Positions 20,416 to 30,986 are shown, numbered from the stretch's first letter. The stretch is 64,000 nucleotides of DNA from a bacterium (GCA_037127795.1 JBAXXQ010000001.1:515687-579686), one strand, 5' to 3'. Numbers and translations: made by a program. The notes: a model not told the origin generated them from the sequence alone.

Positions 20416-21003
20416 ATGCATACTATAACCACTGTTTTACTAGGACTCGGCTATTTCGGTATCGGTATTACCCTATTTTTTGAATCCGGCGTGTTTTTAT
20501 TTTTTCTTCCTGGGGATACCCTACTGCTCAGTGCTGGTATATACGCCTCACAAGGCACCCTTTCTTTTATTCCACTCGTCCTAACCGCTATCATAGCGAG
20601 TGCACTCGGTGCTATGACTGGATTTCATATTGGTAAAAAATTTACCCATGGTAAATTACAAACAACATTCTTTACTCCTGCACAAATAAAAAAAACTGAA
20701 GATTTTTTTGCGCGTTTTGGTGGCTATGCAATTTTGTTAAATAAATTTATCCCCATCGTACGCACTATCGCCCCAATGCTTGCCGGGGCTAGTAATATGA
20801 AAGAAAAAGTTTTTAATAAAAACAATATTCTTGGTTCTTGCTTATGGGTTTTGACCATTACTAGTTTTGGATTTTTTGCTGGTACCATGTTCCCTCATAT
20901 AGAAAAATACGTTTCTGTGGTACTTGCAAGTGTTATTATTGTATCTTTTGTTCTTTTTGGTATAAATTATTACAAAAATAAACGGTTTAAAACTGTAGTA
21001 TAA
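20416..21003 (+). CDS. DedA family membrane protein
   Basis: FFESG...LPGDTLLLSAG, FIPIVRTIAPMLAG. Confidence 0.93.
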   Translation: MHTITTVLLGLGYFGIGITLFFESGVFLFFLPGDTLLLSAGIYASQGTLSFIPLVLTAIIASALGAMTGFHIGKKFTHGKLQTTFFTPAQIKKTEDFFARFGGYAILLNKFIPIVRTIAPMLAGASNMKEKVFNKNNILGSCLWVLTITSFGFFAGTMFPHIEKYVSVVLASVIIVSFVLFGINYYKNKRFKTVV

Positions 21004-21011
21004 TAAACCCT

Positions 21012-21236
21012 ATGCATCACGAAAAACGAAACAGATCTATAGCAAAAGCTATTACCTACCGTATTATTAGTATTTTTATGGATACTGTCATAGCATTTTA
21101 TGTCACCCATAGTGCAAGTAAAACAATGGCTTTTGTGTTGATTTCAAACAGTGTTAGTATTATTGTTTACTTTATTCATGAGCGCGCCTGGAACCGTGTC
21201 CACTGGGGCAAACACACTATAACCATCGAAGAATAA
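21012..21236 (+). CDS. DUF2061-like small membrane protein
   Basis: RSIAKAITYRI...YFIHERAWNRVHWG. Confidence 0.85.
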   Translation: MHHEKRNRSIAKAITYRIISIFMDTVIAFYVTHSASKTMAFVLISNSVSIIVYFIHERAWNRVHWGKHTITIEE

Positions 21237-21779
21237 ATGTCTGAAATTATTTCTGATACCATTCTCATAGAAAATGCTCGTAAAGACAGCAATGCATATG
21301 GCGCAGTGATTAATAAATACGCGCCAATACTGGGAAGATATCTATATCGACTCGGTTGCACCAACATACAAGATCGAGAAGACGTACTACAAGAAATATT
21401 TATCAAGGTATATATCAATCTCAACGAATACGATACCGACCTCCCATTTTCATCATGGATATATCGTATTGCACACAATGAAGCAATAAGTTTTTTTAGA
21501 AAAAAGAATGTTCGCCCACAAACCATACCAGTCGACGAATATGAAGACCTTGTTCCTAGTACAGAAAACAGATATGAGCTCTATGATGTACAAATCTCCA
21601 AAGAGCGCCTCCTTGCAGGGCTCAACCAGCTTGATGAAAAATATCGCGAAGTACTTGTGCTACAATATTTTGAAGAAAAAAATTACGAAGAGATATCCGA
21701 TATTTTAAAAAAACCTCCAAACACTGTCGCAACACTTATACGACGTGCAAAAGAAAAATTACGAGTTATCCTATGTTAG
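21237..21779 (+). CDS. ECF RNA polymerase sigma factor
   Basis: EDVLQEIFIKVY, FSSWIYRIAHNEA (region 2) and YEEISDIL...TVATLIRRAK (region 4). Confidence 0.93.
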   Translation: MSEIISDTILIENARKDSNAYGAVINKYAPILGRYLYRLGCTNIQDREDVLQEIFIKVYINLNEYDTDLPFSSWIYRIAHNEAISFFRKKNVRPQTIPVDEYEDLVPSTENRYELYDVQISKERLLAGLNQLDEKYREVLVLQYFEEKNYEEISDILKKPPNTVATLIRRAKEKLRVILC

Positions 21780-22459
21780 ATTTAAATAAAAAAATTCTCA
21801 ATACAATAGAAACAAACCATATCACCCCAAAACCTCGGTGGCAATTTGTTTTGAAAAATAATACTCTATGGATTCTCGTAGGAATTGCGACACTTATAGG
21901 AAGTTTTGCATTTGCTGTTATATTATTTATTCTTACCGATAATGATTGGGATATTTTTAGATTCTTGGACAAAAGTATTTTTGAAACAATCCTTATCGCT
22001 GCACCCTATATTTGGATCGCAGTACTCATACTTATATTAGGAATTACAGAAATAAGTGTCATCTATACCAAAAGTGGGTACAAATATACAAAACGTTTTA
22101 TTGCGTGCGTAAGTATAGGGATAAGTATATTATTTGGTACAGGGTTATATATTGCAGGATTTGGAAATATACTTCATGAAAAACTTATTGATCAAATACC
22201 TTGGTATGAAAATCTGGTATATACCAAACAAAACGAATGGTACTACCCAGAAAAAGGATTGCTTTCAGGTACCATAACAACACTTGGAGATAATACCTTT
22301 ACCATACAAGCACCGGATAAAAGTATTTGGGTTATTACTACAGATGCAGAAGTATTTGGAGAAGAAGATCTCTCTATAGGACTTCCGGTCAAACTTGTAG
22401 GAGAACAAACAGGCCAAAAAACCTTTGAAGTAGATGATATACGACTCTGGAATGACTAG
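21773..22459 (+). CDS. multi-TM membrane protein, putative anti-sigma factor
   Basis: Overlaps the sigma stop codon; 3 TM helices plus an external OB-like domain. Confidence 0.65.
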   Translation: MLDLNKKILNTIETNHITPKPRWQFVLKNNTLWILVGIATLIGSFAFAVILFILTDNDWDIFRFLDKSIFETILIAAPYIWIAVLILILGITEISVIYTKSGYKYTKRFIACVSIGISILFGTGLYIAGFGNILHEKLIDQIPWYENLVYTKQNEWYYPEKGLLSGTITTLGDNTFTIQAPDKSIWVITTDAEVFGEEDLSIGLPVKLVGEQTGQKTFEVDDIRLWND

Positions 22460-22485
22460 TGAAAGTTTTTCTGAAATCGTGCGTA
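22460..22485 (+). promoter_or_regulatory. putative ECF (SigW-like) promoter
   Basis: TGAAAG-16nt-CGTA, one mismatch from the B. subtilis SigW consensus TGAAAC-N16-CGTA, right after the ECF/anti-sigma pair. Confidence 0.5.
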
Positions 22486-22546
22486 TTACTATATGTACCC
22501 CAAAAATCTGGTGAGTACCATTAATAGTAAATATAATATATATAAT

Positions 22547-22939
22547 ATGAAAAAATTAATTACACTTTCACTTATCGTTCCTGCATTCGCTATTGCTGTT
22601 GCAACAACATCATTCGCACAAGATGCAAGTACAACTACTACTCCTGCAGTTACTTCAGCTCCTACAGCAGCAGTAACAACAACTCTTTCAGATGCAAAAG
22701 CAGCTGTAGCAGCTGATAAAGCACAACTCAAGACAGATCAAAAAGCTCTTACTACAGCAGTAAAAGCAAAAGATAAAACAGCTATCAAAGCAGCTCGTTC
22801 AACAGTTGCAGCTGACAAAACAAAATTGAAAGCAGACCAAAAAACTCTTGCTGGTCTTACACCAAAAAAGGCTCACAAGGCTACAAAGTCAACAAAAAAG
22901 ACTGACGCAGCTCCAGCAACTACACCAGCAAAAAACTAA
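22547..22939 (+). CDS. secreted Ala/Lys/Thr-rich helical protein
   Basis: Signal peptide MKKLITLSL...SFA-QDA; AADKxxLKxDQK repeats. Confidence 0.8.
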   Translation: MKKLITLSLIVPAFAIAVATTSFAQDASTTTTPAVTSAPTAAVTTTLSDAKAAVAADKAQLKTDQKALTTAVKAKDKTAIKAARSTVAADKTKLKADQKTLAGLTPKKAHKATKSTKKTDAAPATTPAKN

Positions 22940-22967
22940 TACATTAGTTTTCTCTAAAAAAGTCGCA

Positions 22968-23189
22968 CTATCCAATAGTGCGGCTTTTTTTCTTAAGAGG
23001 GTTTACAATTTTGATATCATCAAAACCTTTTTTAATTTTAGTAAAAGGAATACCTAATACCAAAACAGAGGATATTATACCTATAGGTATATACCTGTGA
23101 GGAATTTCTATATAAGTATTAATTAACAAACTAATAAAAAATCCCAAAAAGAACCCGCCGATAAGAAGTAATAAATATTTATTTTTCAT
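22968..23189 (-). CDS. small two-TM hypothetical protein (accessory cassette)
   Basis: MKNKYLLLLIGG start, TTGACT-17-TACAGT promoter 23236-23208. Confidence 0.6.
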   Translation of the reverse strand: MKNKYLLLLIGGFFLGFFISLLINTYIEIPHRYIPIGIISSVLVLGIPFTKIKKGFDDIKIVNPLKKKSRTIG

Positions 23190-23296
23190 AAAAATACATT
23201 TGCATGAACTGTATATAAATAAAACAAGCAAGTCAAGAATGTATACAACTTTGACAAAAGCATATTTATATTATACTATATTAAAAAATAGTATTT

Positions 23297-23668
23297 ATGA
23301 TCAATGGAAATCACGCAGTTGGTGTATCACTACACCTTAGTCTTTGTTGCTTATTTGAAACAAAGAAACGGGTTAGTTTTTCAGAAAGGACAAATTCTTT
23401 TCTGAAAATAAACAAGACTCTTTTTAAAGATCTTGAAGATTTAAAACAAAAAAATATCCTATATAACCCAAATAGAGATATTTTATACAAAAAAGAAATA
23501 CTTCTCCGTATCCAAAAAGACTCTAAAAATCTAATTCTTTTTTTAGAAAAAGAAAAAGATCAGATACCGAAAGGTTTTAAAAATATAATAGTTAATACAG
23601 AGATATTATTAGGTATCGTAAGAAAAATTGATGCACTATTAACTACTATTATTACTACGGGTAAGTAA
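23297..23668 (+). CDS. hypothetical protein (accessory cassette)
   Basis: TTGACA-17-TACTAT promoter, ATG 17 nt later; terminator 23670-23702. Confidence 0.65.
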   Translation: MINGNHAVGVSLHLSLCCLFETKKRVSFSERTNSFLKINKTLFKDLEDLKQKNILYNPNRDILYKKEILLRIQKDSKNLILFLEKEKDQIPKGFKNIIVNTEILLGIVRKIDALLTTIITTGK

Positions 23669-23721
23669 ACAAAAAAGCCGCAAAGAAATTCTTTGCGGCT
23701 TTCCTGATTTTTATAAGAAAA

Positions 23722-24321
23722 TTATTTCTTTTTCTTTGCAACTACCACTTTTGATGATACTGCTTTTTTTGGAGCAACTACTTTTTTAACAGCTACTTTA
23801 GGAGCAGCTTTTGCTACTACCTTTTTTACTTCTTTCTTTACTTCTACTTTTGGAGCTACTACTGTAGGCTGTTTTACAACAGGAGCTTGTACAGTTGAAA
23901 GCTTTTCGATTGCACGAGTAAGTGCATCAAGCTTGTAAGAAATATCAGTCATTTGTTTTTCCAATTTTTCTGTATTTACAGACACTGCAGGTTTTGCAAA
24001 TTCTGAACGTCCAGCAAAATTATCACGAGGACGATCATTTCTTTCAAATGAAGGCTTTGCGAATGCGCGATTACCAAATTCTTTTCTAGGAGCACGGTCT
24101 TCTTGTTCTCGTTTTACACCAAAACAATCATTACAGTACACTGGTTTGCCACTAGTTGGGCGAAATGGTACATCACAAGATTTACCACATTCTGCACATA
24201 CAGCCTTGTATGTTGGCATATCGCCACCACGTTCAAATCCACCTCTCTTTTGGAATCCTCCACGGTTTCCTCCTCCGAATCCACCTCTATTTCCCCCACG
24301 ATCTCCGTTAAAATTACCCAT
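23722..24321 (-). CDS. CxxC-x17-CxxC zinc-ribbon protein with RGG N-terminus and Lys/Ala/Val-rich tail
   Basis: CAECGKSCDVPFRPTSGKPVYCNDCF; RGG repeats; AKKV/VAPK repeats. Confidence 0.88.
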   Translation of the reverse strand: MGNFNGDRGGNRGGFGGGNRGGFQKRGGFERGGDMPTYKAVCAECGKSCDVPFRPTSGKPVYCNDCFGVKREQEDRAPRKEFGNRAFAKPSFERNDRPRDNFAGRSEFAKPAVSVNTEKLEKQMTDISYKLDALTRAIEKLSTVQAPVVKQPTVVAPKVEVKKEVKKVVAKAAPKVAVKKVVAPKKAVSSKVVVAKKKK

Positions 24322-24401
24322 ATATTTATTTAAATTTATTTTTTATACAAAGATGCCCTGCACCGATGTCTTATTACTATATTGACATATTACCATATTT
24401 G

Positions 24402-24668
24402 TTATAAAAAAGCAATAGCACTAGCTCCATCTCCAATAAGCACAAGCTTTTCTTCCCTTTTGAGGCGTTTTATCTCTGCTTCACGAGCACGAGATTGCGC
24501 GTAGCTTTCACACTCTTCTACATATTTCAAAACAACAGGACGACGAATCTTGGTATAATGCGCACCATTTTTTGCCGTATTGTGCTGACGAAACCGCTTC
24601 CGCACATCATTGGTCGAGCCGACATATAGTGTCGTATCATTGCATTCTAGGATATAGACATAAAACAT
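24402..24668 (-). CDS. GIY-YIG nuclease family protein (UPF0213-like)
   Basis: YVYILEC...LYVGST...R...H...GAHYT. Confidence 0.92.
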   Translation of the reverse strand: MFYVYILECNDTTLYVGSTNDVRKRFRQHNTAKNGAHYTKIRRPVVLKYVEECESYAQSRAREAEIKRLKREEKLVLIGDGASAIAFL

Positions 24669-24802
24669 ATTTTTAGTGTACCACCTGAGTCATATTGATT
24701 TTTTGGTGAAAATATGATATTATAAAGTACACAAAGGTTTATCTGGAATACGTCGATTTCTTATATAGGTTTTGTATTTATAAAAAGTAATCAAAAAATC
24801 GT

Positions 24803-25003
24803 ATGACAGGAACAATCAAAAAAATCATTTCTGACAAAGGTTTCGGTTTCATTTCAGCAGAAGGCATGGGAAAGGATCTTTTCTTTCACAGTAATTCTCT
24901 CGTAGGCGTCGCTTTTGACGAACTTCGTGAAGGTGATTCAGTAAGTTTTGACACAGAAGATTCTCCAAAGGGACCAGGTGCAGTGAACGTAAAGCGTGCA
25001 TAA
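24803..25003 (+). CDS. cspA: cold shock protein
   Basis: KGFGFI (RNP1), LFFH (RNP2), KGPGAVNV. Confidence 0.93.
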   Translation: MTGTIKKIISDKGFGFISAEGMGKDLFFHSNSLVGVAFDELREGDSVSFDTEDSPKGPGAVNVKRA

Positions 25004-25055
25004 TCACTAAATCTTTTTTAAAAACACTCCGTAGCAATACTGAGTGTTTTTATTT

Positions 25056-26297
25056 TTATGCATTAGTTCCAGAAACAAAACCACTAGTCCAACAAAGCTG
25101 CAAAGAAAATCCCCCACTAGGACGATTTATATGGAGCATATCTCCAGTGATATACAAATTTTCAAATAATTTTGAACGCATTGTTTTGGTATCTATTTCT
25201 GTAAGTGGAATACCTCCATCAGCAACAACTGCCTTATCGAGACCGAGCAGCCCCGTAATAGTGAGCGGTAATGCCTTGAGTGTATCAACAAGTTCTTTGC
25301 GTTCTTCTTTGGTCATAGAGTGTACCTTGGTATCAGGCAAAATACGGACGATATCAAAAATCGCATGTTGCATACCGTGCGGCACAATTTCATCAATAAC
25401 ATTTTTTACCATTCTATTTTTATTTGCGTCAAAAATATTGATGATCTTTTTTTCAAGCGTGCCATGATCTGTATCAGGGTAGCTATCTATCCGAGCAGTC
25501 ACCAAACCAGTATGAAGCAAATCTCCTACTGTTGCCGCAGAATTCAAAATAAGTGGACCAGAAAGTCCAAAGTGAGTAAACAATAATTTCCCTGTTTTTG
25601 AAAATGCCTTTTTACCATCAACAAAAAAAGTGATTTTCATAAAAGAAAGCGATACTCCAGAGAGACTATGCCCCCAATGCTCTTTTGTCGCTATAGGTAC
25701 CACTGTCGGAGTCGAGTCCGCCACAGTGTGCCCCAAAGCCTTGAGCCAGCCAAAACCGTCCCCTGTAGAGCCTGTTTCGGGGTGTGAGAGCCCTCCAGTC
25801 GCGAGTATATAGCCTTTGGCAGTATATACCTCTCCCCCAGCAAGAACCCCTGTAATACGATTTCCGTCTTTGGTAATGCGAGAGACTTTTGTTCCCGGGA
25901 GGACTGTAACTCCTCCATTTTTCATATATTTTTCCATAGCCTTGAATACATCAAGTGCTTTTTCTGTGTGCGGAAATGCGCGCTTACGAGCTTGTACCAC
26001 AAGCGGAAGTCCAAGTTTTTCAAAAAAAGGAAAACAATCAAGATTACTAAATTGTGAAAATGATGAATATAGAAACGGTGCGGCTTTTCCGTAATTTTTG
26101 AGAAATGTATGAATATCTTCTTCTGCATTTGTGATATTACATCTTCCTCCGCCAGTGATTTTTAATTTCTCACCAAGCTTAGGATTTTTTTCTATAAGCA
26201 AAACACTTTTGCCAAGCTCAGCTGCTCGTCCTGCCGCCATCATCCCTGATGGTCCCCCTCCGATAACTATGACATCAAAAGTGTTTTGTGTTTTCAT
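25056..26297 (-). CDS. BaiN/YhiN (HI0933) family flavoprotein oxidoreductase
   Basis: GGGPSG, GGGRCNITN, LFTHFGLSGP, GGFSLQLCWTSG. Confidence 0.92.
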   Translation of the reverse strand: MKTQNTFDVIVIGGGPSGMMAAGRAAELGKSVLLIEKNPKLGEKLKITGGGRCNITNAEEDIHTFLKNYGKAAPFLYSSFSQFSNLDCFPFFEKLGLPLVVQARKRAFPHTEKALDVFKAMEKYMKNGGVTVLPGTKVSRITKDGNRITGVLAGGEVYTAKGYILATGGLSHPETGSTGDGFGWLKALGHTVADSTPTVVPIATKEHWGHSLSGVSLSFMKITFFVDGKKAFSKTGKLLFTHFGLSGPLILNSAATVGDLLHTGLVTARIDSYPDTDHGTLEKKIINIFDANKNRMVKNVIDEIVPHGMQHAIFDIVRILPDTKVHSMTKEERKELVDTLKALPLTITGLLGLDKAVVADGGIPLTEIDTKTMRSKLFENLYITGDMLHINRPSGGFSLQLCWTSGFVSGTNA

Positions 26298-26393
26298 ATA
26301 CTGCTAGACATAATACAGGAAAAGTTGTATTTTGCAATTTTATATATTTTGACTTTTTAGAAAAAAACTATAGGATGAAAATAAAACACAACA

Positions 26394-26933
26394 ATGAAAA
26401 GTAAATATTTAATTTTGTTCCCCGTTCCAGAGTCATGCAAAACACAGGTATGTAATCTTATGGATAAAATATCTATATACACAAACATAGATCCTCCATA
26501 CAAAAAATTGTGTCCACATATTACTTTTCATCGTCCTATAGTTGGTATCGATGAGCAAGTAATAAAAAATCTCGTACACAGTATGAGTTTGCAATCAAAA
26601 AAAACTCGTATCACTGTCAGTGGTATATATGCATTCGGAACACACTATATTGTTCTTCCAGTACATACAACAAATGCAATTGCAAAATTATGGACAGGAA
26701 TTCATAAACTTCTTGCATCAGTACCTGAGTACGAACACGGTGTATTTGATCATGACAATACACTTCATATAACTCTTGCAGAAAAAACTTCTGAAGTTTT
26801 TACAGAAATCTGGCCAAAAGTAAAAAATATTTATTTTACAGAAATAACTATCCCTGTAGAAAATATTGAATTGTATAAAAAAGAACCAAATGGTATATGG
26901 CAAAAAGTAAGTACCTATGAATTATGTTCATAG
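26394..26933 (+). CDS. 2H phosphoesterase (2'-5' RNA ligase superfamily)
   Basis: Two HxT motifs, PHITF and LHITL, about 80 aa apart; monocistronic cassette with terminator 26936-26967. Confidence 0.85.
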   Translation: MKSKYLILFPVPESCKTQVCNLMDKISIYTNIDPPYKKLCPHITFHRPIVGIDEQVIKNLVHSMSLQSKKTRITVSGIYAFGTHYIVLPVHTTNAIAKLWTGIHKLLASVPEYEHGVFDHDNTLHITLAEKTSEVFTEIWPKVKNIYFTEITIPVENIELYKKEPNGIWQKVSTYELCS

Positions 26934-26967
26934 TAAAAAGAGACTATTATAGTAATAGTCTCTTTTT

Positions 26968-28440
26968 TTATCTCTCTAGATCTAATATTTCATCAATGCG
27001 GATTTGGTGTACAAATTCTTCTACGTGAGAAACAAGTATCATAGCCCCACCAAAACTAGAAAGCGCTTTTGCAATCACCGGCAAGTGACGGAAGTTGATA
27101 TGGTTTGTCGGCTCATCAAGAATTAGAAGTCCTGGCTCAAGCAATATCAAGTTTGCAAATGCAACCATACCTTTTTGCCCCTCAGAAAGTGCACCAATTT
27201 TTGTTTGCATATATTCTCCAGTAATGAGCAGACTTGCCGCCACAGAGCGCACACGATCTTCTGCAAAACGTTTTCCAGAGCTTTCCATAGCCTTTCTTAA
27301 TGATTGAAATACGGTGTCATTGAAATCAAGTGTAGAAAAATCTTGTCGGTAATATCCTACTCGCACATCAGGAGCAATCTTTGCACCTTCTGCTTTGCCT
27401 GTTGCAAGCGCTTCAAGTAGTGTACTTTTTCCAATACCATTTGGCCCTACGAGACGAAGGTGTTGATTTTTTTTCAAACTAATAGCTGTTTTACGAACAA
27501 CTGGCTTATGATTTTTGAGTACAGAAAAACTAGTGATATTCATTATTTCTCCAATAATATCGTCTTGCACAGGGATAATAAATGGACGTATAGTGCGATC
27601 TTCTTTACGAACATCCACAATATCTTCTTCAAGCTCTTCTGCTTTTTCTCGCATACGTTTTGCAACGAGACGCATCTGCCCTCCTTTAAATGCAAACTGG
27701 TTTGCCTTTTCTTTTTTTGCTTGAATCTCTTTTGCAAGCTGTGCGTTTTTCATATTCTCTTTTTCAATACGCACACTGATATCACGAAGCACATCATTGT
27801 AGTCACCGACATATTGTTCAATCTTTTTTGTATATACATCGAGATATAGCACCCCTTCAGTAAAGGCATTCAAAAAGTCTGCATCGTGAGAGATAACAAT
27901 AACTGTTTTTTTGTATTCAATGAGAAACTTAGTAAGGTGTTCAATACCAGCTTTGTCGAGATTGTTTGTTGGCTCATCGAGCAAAAGCAAATCTGGATCT
28001 TGTATCAATGCAGACGCAAGCAATAACCGCGCTTGTTGTCCACCAGAAAAAGACCCCACAATACGATCATGAATTTTTTCGTGCCCTTTGAGATTCACCA
28101 CTTCCAATACATCGTCAATACGAGGATCGATATCATATATTTTTTCTGTAAAACATGAAAGGAAAAAATCTCGCACATTAAGAGTGATTTGCTCACGAGG
28201 GATCACTTGTCGCCCTGTCGCGATAGTAGTACCAGGAGTAAGTATCACGCGTCCATCTTCTGGTTTATATGCTCCTGTTAAGAGATTAAAAATAGTACTT
28301 TTACCAGCACCATTTTGTCCCATGAGAGTAAGCTTGGCACCTTTACGTATAGAAAAATCAACACTATCCAAGATAGGTTTTGTGGCATTATATTCAAACG
28401 AAACCTTATCGAATCGTGCTATTACTTCTCCTTTTGACAT
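26968..28440 (-). CDS. ABC-F family ATP-binding protein
   Basis: Two NBDs (GQNGAGKS, GPNGIGKS; LDEPTN twice) with a helical linker and no TM domain. Confidence 0.92.
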   Translation of the reverse strand: MSKGEVIARFDKVSFEYNATKPILDSVDFSIRKGAKLTLMGQNGAGKSTIFNLLTGAYKPEDGRVILTPGTTIATGRQVIPREQITLNVRDFFLSCFTEKIYDIDPRIDDVLEVVNLKGHEKIHDRIVGSFSGGQQARLLLASALIQDPDLLLLDEPTNNLDKAGIEHLTKFLIEYKKTVIVISHDADFLNAFTEGVLYLDVYTKKIEQYVGDYNDVLRDISVRIEKENMKNAQLAKEIQAKKEKANQFAFKGGQMRLVAKRMREKAEELEEDIVDVRKEDRTIRPFIIPVQDDIIGEIMNITSFSVLKNHKPVVRKTAISLKKNQHLRLVGPNGIGKSTLLEALATGKAEGAKIAPDVRVGYYRQDFSTLDFNDTVFQSLRKAMESSGKRFAEDRVRSVAASLLITGEYMQTKIGALSEGQKGMVAFANLILLEPGLLILDEPTNHINFRHLPVIAKALSSFGGAMILVSHVEEFVHQIRIDEILDLER

Positions 28441-28504
28441 AGTGGTACCCGAAAGTCCTACAATTATAGCACGGTTTGACAAAAATACAATATATTATAA
28501 GGCT

Positions 28505-30307
28505 TTATTTCTTAAGCCATTTTGTGTACTTTTCAGCCATAGCTTCAAAACTTTTTGTATTTGTTGCGATAACTTCTTTTCCACTCACCATTTTTATTTT
28601 TGCATTCAATACAACAGGTTTTGTATACAGAGGAACATTTTCCAAAACTGCCAATCTTTTTTTCGCTTGTGCAATAATACTTTTTGGAGAAGCAGTACAA
28701 TCTTTCAAAATTGCATCTGCAGAAAGTTTTTTACCCGTAGCAAGTACTACAAATTCATTAAAGTTTTTACTAGCACCGAGCTTCCAAACATTTTGCATTT
28801 CTTTTCCGACATGTGGATTATCTACAATGTATCCATATTTTTTATAAAAATAATCCATCCATTGTTGTAATGCAATTTCTGCAAGTCCGTATCCATGATA
28901 CCCTGCTGAACTTTCAAAAGAATAAATGTGCGGTATATTGAGCGCAAGCAAAGAATCTTCAGATCTTTCAAAATATTTTTTAAAGTTCTTATATGCAATC
29001 TTTTTTACCTTTTCTACATCAAGCTCTTTTGCTTCATAGAGCTCTTTTTCAAATGTTGAAACAAACATAATACTATGCAATCGCAATGGGCGAAGCGGAG
29101 CAAGCTTTTGAACCCTTCTAGTAAATAGATCAAAAGGATATGAATCTCCTTGAGCATTTTTTGCATATCGCATACGCCATTCAATACTACTAAACAATGT
29201 ATCCAAAAACATACTTTGTGTTTCTGCCCATGCAGTAGACATCGGAGCATACTCATGATTATTGCAGATATCTTGCTGAGTAATGTTCAACATATGCGCA
29301 GCGTGTCCACCCTCATGAAAGAGCGTGTTCATCCCTATTGCACCAGAACCTTGCTGGCCAAATACTACATTACAAGTAAAGTTTGAACTTCCTGATTTTA
29401 TTTTACCATTTTCAAAACGAACCAAGTCTGGCCAATGACAAAATCCATTATTCCATTTACCTTTTCTATCTAACAAATCGAGCTGAAGCTCCCCTTTTTG
29501 AAAATCTATTCCCAGTGCTGCAAATGATCTTCCCCATCGCAAAAGCGCATCGTCAAATTGGAAAAATGGATCCTCTTCTTTTGAAAAATCCCCAGACATA
29601 AGAAAATTGAAATTCCAAGGTTTTCGTAATCCTGGTATTGTTTTTTCCAAATCTTTTATATCTTGTTTTGTATATTTTGTTTTTTCATACAAATCATCAA
29701 AAATAGAAAATAATTCTTTTTTTGTCATACCGTCTTCACGTTGCAATTTGTATTCGTAAAAATCAGTGTATCCCAATATTTTTGCATACTCATTACGAAG
29801 CGCTACCATATCAATAAGCTCTTGAATAAAGTCAGTTGCGAGTTTTTCTCTTGCATCAAAACATGCTTTTCGTATTTTTTCATCAGGATTGGTACTGATC
29901 ATTGTCGCCATCTTTAGAGAAGATGCTGTCACAAAAGTTTTTGTATAGGGATCAATATATCCTTCTTTTCTTTGTGCTCGTTTTTTCAAAAGTATTGATT
30001 CGAGTTTACTAATTTTATTTTTTATAGGAAGTGCTTTTTTAGGACTTTGATAACATTCAAAAAATCTACACCACTGATTGAGGCGAACAGACTCCTCTTC
30101 TGATGCTGTTTCCAATAAAATACCAATTTCTTTTAAGTACTGAGTATCTGCGCGAAACTCATCACGACGAGCAAGTGCTTCGTCTTTTTTCTTGTCTACA
30201 CTATGGTCTCCCATATATGAAAGCCAAAAAAGATCTTCATATTCTTTGTGTAAGGTAAAATATTTTTTATTTAAATCATCCAAAAATTGCACAGCTTTTG
30301 TTTTCAT
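28505..30307 (-). CDS. M3 family metallopeptidase (oligoendopeptidase)
   Basis: FHEGGHAAH zinc motif, [15 protein letters not shown]; start moved to MKTKAV. Confidence 0.88.
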   Translation of the reverse strand: MKTKAVQFLDDLNKKYFTLHKEYEDLFWLSYMGDHSVDKKKDEALARRDEFRADTQYLKEIGILLETASEEESVRLNQWCRFFECYQSPKKALPIKNKISKLESILLKKRAQRKEGYIDPYTKTFVTASSLKMATMISTNPDEKIRKACFDAREKLATDFIQELIDMVALRNEYAKILGYTDFYEYKLQREDGMTKKELFSIFDDLYEKTKYTKQDIKDLEKTIPGLRKPWNFNFLMSGDFSKEEDPFFQFDDALLRWGRSFAALGIDFQKGELQLDLLDRKGKWNNGFCHWPDLVRFENGKIKSGSSNFTCNVVFGQQGSGAIGMNTLFHEGGHAAHMLNITQQDICNNHEYAPMSTAWAETQSMFLDTLFSSIEWRMRYAKNAQGDSYPFDLFTRRVQKLAPLRPLRLHSIMFVSTFEKELYEAKELDVEKVKKIAYKNFKKYFERSEDSLLALNIPHIYSFESSAGYHGYGLAEIALQQWMDYFYKKYGYIVDNPHVGKEMQNVWKLGASKNFNEFVVLATGKKLSADAILKDCTASPKSIIAQAKKRLAVLENVPLYTKPVVLNAKIKMVSGKEVIATNTKSFEAMAEKYTKWLKK

Positions 30308-30401
30308 ATAAATAACTATATACCAAAACAAAACCTTGGTAAATATAGCGTTTATTTGACAATACATGCAAATATGTTTATATTAATAAAAATTTTAAAT
30401 T

Positions 30402-30986
30402 ATGAAAGAGAAAAATCTTTTAGAGGCCTTACGAGAAGGTCTCGGTCTAGTACACCAAGAAAACAAAGTATCAAACGTACATGTTGATGGTACTATACAC
30501 AATAGCAGTATTCAGAGTGAATCAAATGAAGAAACGTCTATATCAGACTGCGTAATCAATGAATTACACTGGAGCTATTTTTACCTACAAAATACCCATA
30601 TTGTAATAACAAGGACAGTTTTTACAAACACCACTATCAATATAAAAGACTGTGTTTTAAAAACAAAACACAAAGACAAAGTATTATCTATTATTAATGA
30701 TAGTACTTATAAAATGATTGATATAGAGAATAGTTTGATAGATGGCCTTTTTATTGAAAATAGTAAAAATGCAATAACAATTTGTTTAAAAGATTGTATT
30801 TTTACTAAGGATGTAGTTTTACTACTTAAGAAAAAAGAGATATCAAAAATAACTCTGGAAAACTGTATCTTCATCAACGGAGCAAAGTTTGTTTCGAATG
30901 GAACTGAAGATAATATTGATCTCACGATCGATACAAAGACTGCAAGAAACTTCAATGAGCTTGCATTTACCTACAAAGTAAAGTAA
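30402..30986 (+). CDS. hypothetical protein with (I/L)x(D/N)(C/S) repeats, possible beta-solenoid (accessory cassette)
   Basis: ISDCVI/IKDCVL/IENSLI/LKDCIF/LENCIF repeats; TTGACA-17-TATATT promoter. Confidence 0.65.
   Translation: MKEKNLLEALREGLGLVHQENKVSNVHVDGTIHNSSIQSESNEETSISDCVINELHWSYFYLQNTHIVITRTVFTNTTINIKDCVLKTKHKDKVLSIINDSTYKMIDIENSLIDGLFIENSKNAITICLKDCIFTKDVVLLLKKKEISKITLENCIFINGAKFVSNGTEDNIDLTIDTKTARNFNELAFTYKVK

Noticed and set aside
24402-24668. GIY-YIG protein as a homing endonuclease or mobile element
   Set aside because: An 88-aa stand-alone UPF0213-type protein with no DNA-binding extension, intron or flanking repeats.
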